From the human T2T-CHM13v2.0 reference genome, Homo sapiens, in assembly GCF_009914755.1 (NCBI RefSeq), contig NC_060936.1: 64,000 nucleotides of DNA. One strand, 5' to 3'. The notes beneath the pieces were generated by a model, which worked only from the letters and a program-made list of their open reading frames with translations, made no database searches and was not told where the DNA came from. The position numbers and the translations under genes are program-made. Of the stretch, positions 57,000-64,000 are shown in pieces (the stretch's first letter is position 1; every line of letters begins with the position of its first letter).

Positions 57000-57232
57000 T
57001 AGGAGTTGGGAAACTACGAAATTGGCTAAACACAGCCATGGCCTGTTTTTGTACAGTCTGCAATCTAAAAGAGTTTTTTTTTAAGTTTAAAGTGTTTATT
57101 TAAAGAACAAGATGAGAAGGAAGATGGGGAAGAGGAAGAGGCAACAACATGACAGAGATAGCATGTGGCATAAAAACAAAAAATATTTACTGTCTGGCCT
57201 TTTACAGAAAATGGTTGCCAACCCCAGCTCTA
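57000..57232. mobile_element. MER58B-like hAT-Charlie MITE
   Basis: taggagttgggaaacta ... aaaatatttactgtctggccttttacagaaaatggttgccaacccc. Confidence 0.75.
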
Positions 57233-57616
57233 GAATATTAGGATCATCCAAGATCCTTGGTAAAAGCCTCAATGTGCCAGGCTGCTCATCATGCGGTCAT
57301 CAGTGTCTATCTAAGCCAAGACTGCGACTCTGCACCCTGCCACAGTTTTTGGCATCCAGGTTCCAGATTAGGGCAGGGCTGTCTGCAGAGATACAAGGGG
57401 TGGGCATGCGGTGGGCATTCTAACTTATCCCTGAGCCTCAGTTTTTCACGTGGGTCCCCATGGGCACCTCTCTTTGGGCCTGGGGTCACACAACCACCAT
57501 TTGAGGGGAGCTATAAGATTTTGGTTTTAACACTCCAAAGGCTGGAAAACAGACTCAAATTCCTGGGGAAGGAAATATCTTCACTATCCCTCTCATGGTT
57601 TTCACATTGTAATCTA

Positions 57617-57685
57617 TTAGGTTGGTGCAAAGTAATTGCAATTTTTACCATTGCTTTTAATGCAATTACTTTTGCACCAACCTAA
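57617..57685. mobile_element. MADE1 MITE with small internal deletion
   Basis: TA-TTAGGTTGGTGCAAAGTAATTGCA...TGCAATTACTTTTGCACCAACCTAA-TA. Confidence 0.95.
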
Positions 57686-58474
57686 TAGTTCCAAGATTTC
57701 ACAAAACTATCAGTGTAAACATTGTTCCCACAAAAACTCTCATGGACACTAACACAAGAATGGAGGCTGATACATGTTATGTATGTGGAGAGGGCATATC
57801 TAAGAGTGTGCATGTAGTACATGTATGGTATTTTCTACACTGGCAAGCAACTGGCTAAAATATCCTATTATATTTGTGTTTGTGTAGGACTGACCATCTA
57901 ATTAAAATATTTGAAGCTATCTATGCCAGGCATTCCATTTTGGGAGTGGAAGTTTCTTGACTCTAAAATTATAAAAATTTAGTTATTACTTAGCTAACTA
58001 TATTTAAGAGCATTCTAAAAATAAAAACCGAGGTTCTGGGGACAGAAGAAAAAAAAACATGGTTTCTCTTGGCTGAGAGGAATCATGTACACCTTACTAG
58101 GGCGTGGGAGTCACAGTCTTGGTGCCTAGAGTATTAAGGCTGAATTTTATAATGGCAGTGTCTACACCAAACTATCCTACCAAACACAACTAAATCTGGC
58201 AACTGAACTATCATAAAATATAAAAAAGACAATTTATAGTTAGTGAAAAACTTTAAAATCTCTTGGAATTCAAACCAGTGTTAGACTGAATTATAGTTTC
58301 ATCAGAATAAATTCAAAAGCAAAACAAAAAAGGACAAAGAAATGGCTGACTGCCCAAACATAATTCCGGACTTCTTGACATCTGCTGACTATGGATTTAT
58401 TTGTTCTTGTAAATGTTTTCTTGAAAAATAAAGCATATCCCAGATATGTAGTCCTATCTAAGCAATCACAGAAC

Positions 58475-58560
58475 TTTTAATGAAGTTAGGAAAGTTTTTA
58501 AATGTTTTCATGAAGTTAGGAAAAGTTAAAAGTTTTAATGAAGTTAGGAAAGTTTTTAAA
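58475..58560. repeat. Three-copy ~29-bp minisatellite
   Basis: TTTT(A/C)ATGAAGTTAGGAAA at 58475, 58505, 58533. Confidence 0.92.
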
Positions 58561-61184
58561 GGAAATACAGTTTTAAACCTTGGGTTTCGGACAACATGTA
58601 AAGCAGGCCCGGTGTTATTATGCTTTACAAATATTTTAGGATTACATACTTAAACTAGAATAAATCACCTATTTCTCCAAAATAAAAGGACCACCAAATT
58701 TTATGGTCAACTCTCTCTTCCATGTCTGAGAGAAATATTGCTTGCAGAGCCAAGGAGGTTTTGTGCATGAAAGAGCACATGAATGAAACAAATCCTCTTG
58801 CCAATCTCCCTTCACTGACTTCCAGGGAATTAACATTGACAGGCTTCCTGATGTCAGTCCCTCTCCTCCAACAGGCTTCTTATCCATTTTAATTCCCTGA
58901 TGGAGTGACTGGATAAACAAATCCACACCATGTTGGCATTAAACACTAATATTTTTATAAGCCTTCAACAAATTTCATACCTTTGGCTTTTTGGCAAGGT
59001 TTGCCCTCTCAGGGAAGAGAAAGTCAAAACCTTTTGTAAAACCCCACAATTATTCTTACTCTTTCAAGGTTATTTTTAAACAGACTGCTTGAAGAGAGCA
59101 AAACTGGCTTTAGCTTTAAACTCATTGATTAAAACTGGGAGCAACATGGATACATGATCTTTCTGTATGGATAATGGAGATAATGGTAATGTTTTTCAGC
59201 AGGTAATAGTTTTAGGATTTAAAGGAGGTGTGTTTTTGTTGTTGGTGATGTTTTTTTTTTTTTTTAATTTGTCTTTTTCCCAAAGGAAAAGCATTTTTGT
59301 TTTGCAGAAAACATATTTTAACATATTTAAACATATTTTAAAGTACTCCAAGAATGACTGGCTAATTTAAATTTCATTTAAGAAAAGAACTAAGAATGAA
59401 CTTCTAAAAAAAGACTAGCATAAAGGTTACACCTTGGACAGGCCTGATGTTTCCTGTACATGATCAATATCTAATGCCAGCCATATGGTTTCTATAGAAG
59501 AGCAGTTTGCCTGAATGAGCAGGTCAGTCTTCTAGGAATGACACACCATTACCAGTTTACAGATCATTCCCGTCTTTGTCCGTGAGTCACAAAAGGAAGT
59601 AAGATAATTTTCTTCTGGCATTTTATTCCTTTCTTTCTCAGTCACCTTTTCCTCGCCTGGAGCAACAAGGACCCTTGAATGCAGGCATCTACAAAGACTG
59701 CAATATTTCAGCCCATTTGAAGCCTTCATATTGAAATTCTGCAAATTTGTATTTCATATTCTTAATGCTAATGCTGATTAGATCTTGGAGCAAAATGCCC
59801 TAAAACAGACGCTGGTTTCTTTTTCTCCAGAATAGTTTAAATTGCCTATACATTTAAAAAACTATATTACAAAAGCTCATTTTCTACTATTTTATATTGT
59901 ATTTTACTTTATTACCTCATAACCTATTTGAACAATTAATTGATGGTTTCTCATAAAACTGAGTACAGATCTTTGCTTTTACAATGTCCATTTTCTTACA
60001 TTCTCAATATTACAATGCCTGGCAATGTAGTCATAAAAGTCAACTCTTTATAGAAAAACTATTTAAGAATGATAATCTTGACAAAATGTTATTTTAATAC
60101 AATTTTACACTTTTATATATAATTTATTTTTTGCATTTTCTGTAAAAAAGCAATGCATCATTTTGGGGGGAATGTCTGTGAAAATGCAAAGCTTTATTTT
60201 ACTCATGCGCTTGAAGAAGGCAAGAATTACCTAAGACTGCTTTTTATCCACATTTTTAAATTAAAATAAACATTCTAAACCATAGATAATAATATTATAA
60301 AATATTTTATTAAATCTGAGATGGTCTAGAATTTTGAATAAAATTATTTGAATCAAGCTAAGTACAGGCTACTGGAAGATTTTCAACAAAGAGAATTTGA
60401 CAATTTAGATAAGAAGCGACAACAAAGGCCATTACTCTTCCTGCTGTGAGAGGTAGTGTCACAACCTTGTGGTATTTCTGAGATGATGGAAGGCCAGGCT
60501 GATGAGAAAGCTGATGTGGCTGTTAAGAGTTCAAGAACTTTTTGTCCAAACAAAAGCAACATGCATTATGTAGACAAGAAGGAGAGACAATTTACTTTCA
60601 AGGTAGCTACTAAAGGAAGCTTTTTTTTTCAGACTTGAGATATTTTGAGATAAACAAGATCTTATATTTATAAAGCAATATACAAAAATGTAATAGCCTA
60701 TCAAAAAAAAAAAAAAGCTTCTGTCATCTTACAAGAAAGTACCTGATATATTGTAGAAAATGTATCCTTACTTCACCCTCTCACTTTGAAACAACAATCA
60801 CAAAAATTGGGTCAATGGAGAACTTTCTGGGAGGTCATACTAATTCACAGGGGCAGAGATAAAACAAAACAAATTTGATTAAGAAAAGTCAAATGCAAGT
60901 GGAAACAAAGCAATGGAATTGTGTGAAAAATAGTAGGCTCATGTTTCCTATCAGTATATGAATTTAGACATTTTTCACACTTTCTACTGAAAGGTCGGGG
61001 GAAAGGGAAAAATAATATAAATAAATCAGTGTTCCTGGATATACAACATATAGACATTTTGATCATGAGATCTAGTGTCTGAAAAAGGAAAGGAAGAAAA
61101 GGAGGTAAAGGGAAGGGATAGTTTGAGAACAAGGGAAGGAGGGAAGGAGTAAAAAGAAAAGGAAAGCAAAGAACACAAACCGTT

Positions 61185-61365
61185 TTCAGAGCACTCACTG
61201 AGCTCTGGGTACTGTGATAGGTGCTTTCATGTATGTCACAGGATCTAATTTTTAACATAACTTTATAGATAAAGATTATTACCCCATTTATGTAGAAGAG
61301 AAAGCTGAGATGCATAAAAATTAAATAAAGCAAACTGAAACCAGGATTAAAAATCATTTTGACTG
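61185..61365 (-). mobile_element. MIR
   Basis: attattaccccatttatgtagaagagaaagctgag. Confidence 0.7.
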
Positions 61366-61716
61366 TTACACTCATTCATTCTCCATTTTATCACTATCAT
61401 TGGAAATCATAAATATTAATCTTCTCACATTTAAATGACTAATCATTGCCCAGTGAAGTGGATTTAATTCCTAGAGGTGGTAATCTTTCTATCAAAATTT
61501 GAATCTCCAAAGAAACCTCAGTGTTTTTGGCCCCAGTCCATGTATAATGTGTTTTAACTATGGAATCTGCAACATGGACATCAGTGGAGACAATCCACAG
61601 CCTTCAAAGTCCATCAAACTATTAGAATGTACTGATTGGGAAATCATTCTGTGATGGCTGCTGTTTTCTTAGTCAGGGGTAGTGATCTTCCTTTTAGAAA
61701 AGAATAGTTTAGCTTC

Positions 61717-62430
61717 TGTAACCACTCAAGGGATTCTCCCTGCCTGCTGAATAAAGACAGGCATTGCAGTAAAGAAAGAGTTTAACAGACAAGAGGTCAG
61801 CCAAACCACATGGGAGATGGAATTAGTACTCAAATCATCACATCCAAAGCTCTAGGATTAGGGGTTTTTCAAAGGCAGTTTGGGGAAATTTATAGGGGTA
61901 GCCAGGTAACAGGTGCTTGATGCTGATTGGTTGGGGCAAAGATGAAATCACAGGGAGTCAAAGCTGTCCTCCTGTGGGCGGAATAGCTTCTGGGTGGGGC
62001 CACAGTAGTAGGGCTGGCAGGTTCAGGTAGAGCCATGAGTTTCAGACATGCAAAAATTCCTGAAAAGATATCTCAAAAGGCCCATCTTTGGTTCTATGAT
62101 AGTGATGTTATTTGCAGGAGTAATTAGGGAAGTTGCATTATCTTATAACCTCCAGAATAAAGGCTGACAATCATTTATGTCTCTGCCTTAGCAAGACTCA
62201 TGCTCCTCTCCTACCCCAGTCTGATGGCCTCCCATTAGCTTTACAAAAGTGGTTGAGTTTCAGGGCAAAGCCCATTATCATTTAAACTATAGCCTGAATG
62301 TCTTCCAAAGTTAGCTTTGCCCAATAGCCCAGGAATAATTAAAGGAAAGGCAAGATAGGGGTGGACTAGCTCAGATCTCTTTCAGTGTCATAATTTTCTC
62401 ACTGATATACTTTTTTCAAAAGTGGTTTTA
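61717..62430 (-). mobile_element. ERV1 solo LTR, LTR8/LTR26-group-like
   Basis: TGTAACC left end; minus start TAAAACCACTTTTGAAAAAAGTATATCAGTGAGAAAATTATGACA; TSD CTTC/CCTC. Confidence 0.75.
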
Positions 62431-62887
62431 CCTCAGAGAGGAAAGGATGTCATTGTTGAGAAATACTTTTTTTTTAATAGTTAACCACCAATTCCTGGAC
62501 CAGATATAACTGACTTTGCACCCTAGGATTTTAACCATCTGCTATACTGCTTTCTCTGATTTTGTTTTCTTTGCCCAGTTGCAGCCCTTCAAAGCTCCAC
62601 TCTTAGTTACCAAGCAGACTTTCTTCCTGCTGCTCCATCTCTTTTTATTGAGGTCACTTCAATCTCCTTCTGTCTCTTGTATCCTCCCGTTATTGGTTCC
62701 ACCTTGGCAACTTATTTGGATCTGCCTCTTGCTAAACGTGTATGCTATGTCCTGCTGTGTTTTCTGGTTTGGGTCACACTGCCCTACAAGAAAACTTTGG
62801 AATCAATGTCCAGGATCTTAGGCGATTCCCTTCATTTGGGGTAAATCCCTGGGGGCTTCATGAAAGTTGAGATGCTGTGGGCAATAT

Positions 62888-63599
62888 TGACACAGGAGTT
62901 TTCTTAGTTACTTTGTAAGCCAGGGACCTCCAGCCAGTGATGCCCCTGCCTGGGCCTCAGTCGGCCATGCTCCCTGCCACTGGAGGCAGCTGCCCACTCA
63001 ACCCACCCAGGCTGTGCCTGGCTTGTGCACCAGCTGAGCCTGCAGCTGGGCCAAGCATGCTCCAGTCCACCTGTGCTATAGCTCATACCCACGTTCAGCA
63101 GTTCCTGAGTTCTTGTCCCATGTCCAAGAATAATGAGGATATTCTGACAGTTGAAGGGTGAGGAGGGCAGAGAAGAATTTTGTTGAGGATGAAACAGCTT
63201 TTAGCCAAGAAGGGTCGTGAGGGTGGTCAGCCACCTGGAGTTGGGTGTTTCTCTCCCAGTGTGGCTGAGTCCAGAACTTTGATGGGCTCATAATAGGGGA
63301 GTGCATACTGATTGGTTTGTGAGTATGCAAAAAAGGTTAAAAACAAAGGCAGCACTCAAAGGTGGGCATGGCAGTGTGAAAAAACAATTAGGGAAGGGTA
63401 GGTATATGTAAAATAGGTGAAGGCTGGGGATCAATCAGAGGAAAGCATGCCAAAAGGGAAGACAGGTTCTCAATCTTTTCCCTGGATTTGAATTATAGCT
63501 TGGCTTTCAGGCTTTAAACTGTCTTTGGTTTGGAGTTGGGGTTTCATAGGGGTCCCACTCCTATCTGCCTAGGCATTTGTCTGCTTCCTTCCACTATCA
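62888..63599 (-). mobile_element. ERV1 solo LTR, LTR27/LTR28-like
   Basis: TGA...TCA termini, perfect TSD ATAT (62884-62887 / 63600-63603); minus start TGATAGTGGAAGGAAGCAGACAAATGCCTAGGCAGA. Confidence 0.8.
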
Positions 63600-63604
63600 A
63601 TATG

Positions 63605-64000
63605 AACCTAATGACAGTGCTGGAGTATATTGATTCAACCATTCTCTTGCAATTTCTTGTCCCCTTTACCTTCCAATATTGTGACTCTCATTCTCAAATG
63701 GGCCCTCAATGTTCCCCAGTAGATTCACCCACCATATTTTCTTAGTACATTCTCTCTTACACCTTCACAGATGGCCATCTTATGCCATCTCTCTCCTTCA
63801 ACCACCAGTACCTCCTCCTCGCTTTCCAATCAGAATAGCTGGCCTTTCTTCCTCTATAGAAAATCAAAGAAACCAAAGGATACAATTCCATATGCTCCCA
63901 AAACCACTTCTACTGACTTATTAATATATTTGCCTTTCCCCCATCACCCGTAGATAGAATAACCACCAACTCATCTATGGTCAATCCCTTCATTTGGGCA
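63605..64000 (+). mobile_element. Probable L2 fragment
   Basis: Pyrimidine-rich diverged LINE2-like sequence. Confidence 0.4.

Noticed and set aside
60845-61375. 176-aa hydrophobic minus-strand ORF
   Set aside because: Built from a MIR plus a purine-rich low-complexity tract; the F/L/P bias is compositional

Overview
This is primate (most likely human or great ape) AT-rich, repeat-dense intergenic or deep-intronic DNA; I could not name the locus. I find no host protein-coding gene, rRNA, tRNA or CRISPR array. Every ORF in the track that I can interpret comes from a repeat: L1 ORF1/ORF2/ORF0 remnants, Alu, LTR12C, or a decayed ERVL integrase. The window holds two near-full-length dead L1PA elements (20.2-26.5 kb and 49.8-55.1 kb, both minus strand) and older L1M, L2 and MIR fragments. 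It also holds 9 Alus, about 15 solo LTRs (LTR22, LTR12C, MER41, MER50, MER34, LTR8-like, LTR27/28-like, MST, MLT1) and DNA transposons (two MADE1, MER44A, MER58, MER96B). Family names were assigned from memory of consensus sequences and need Dfam/RepeatMasker confirmation. Boundaries of old elements are approximate. I do not see a convincing new biological system. The structures least explained by routine annotation are: (1) a non-transposon ~130-bp near-perfect hairpin at 12.9-13.0 kb with template-switch scars; (2) two independent 82-87 bp locally templated insertions, 2255-2336 copied from 4433-4514 and 26892-26978 an inverted copy of 26259-26344; (3) a three-level nest, MSTA > MER41 (one intact GAS site) > L1PA, with TSDs still readable; (4) a CpG-rich LTR12C promoter next to a strong CTCF motif, plus several isolated candidate exons.
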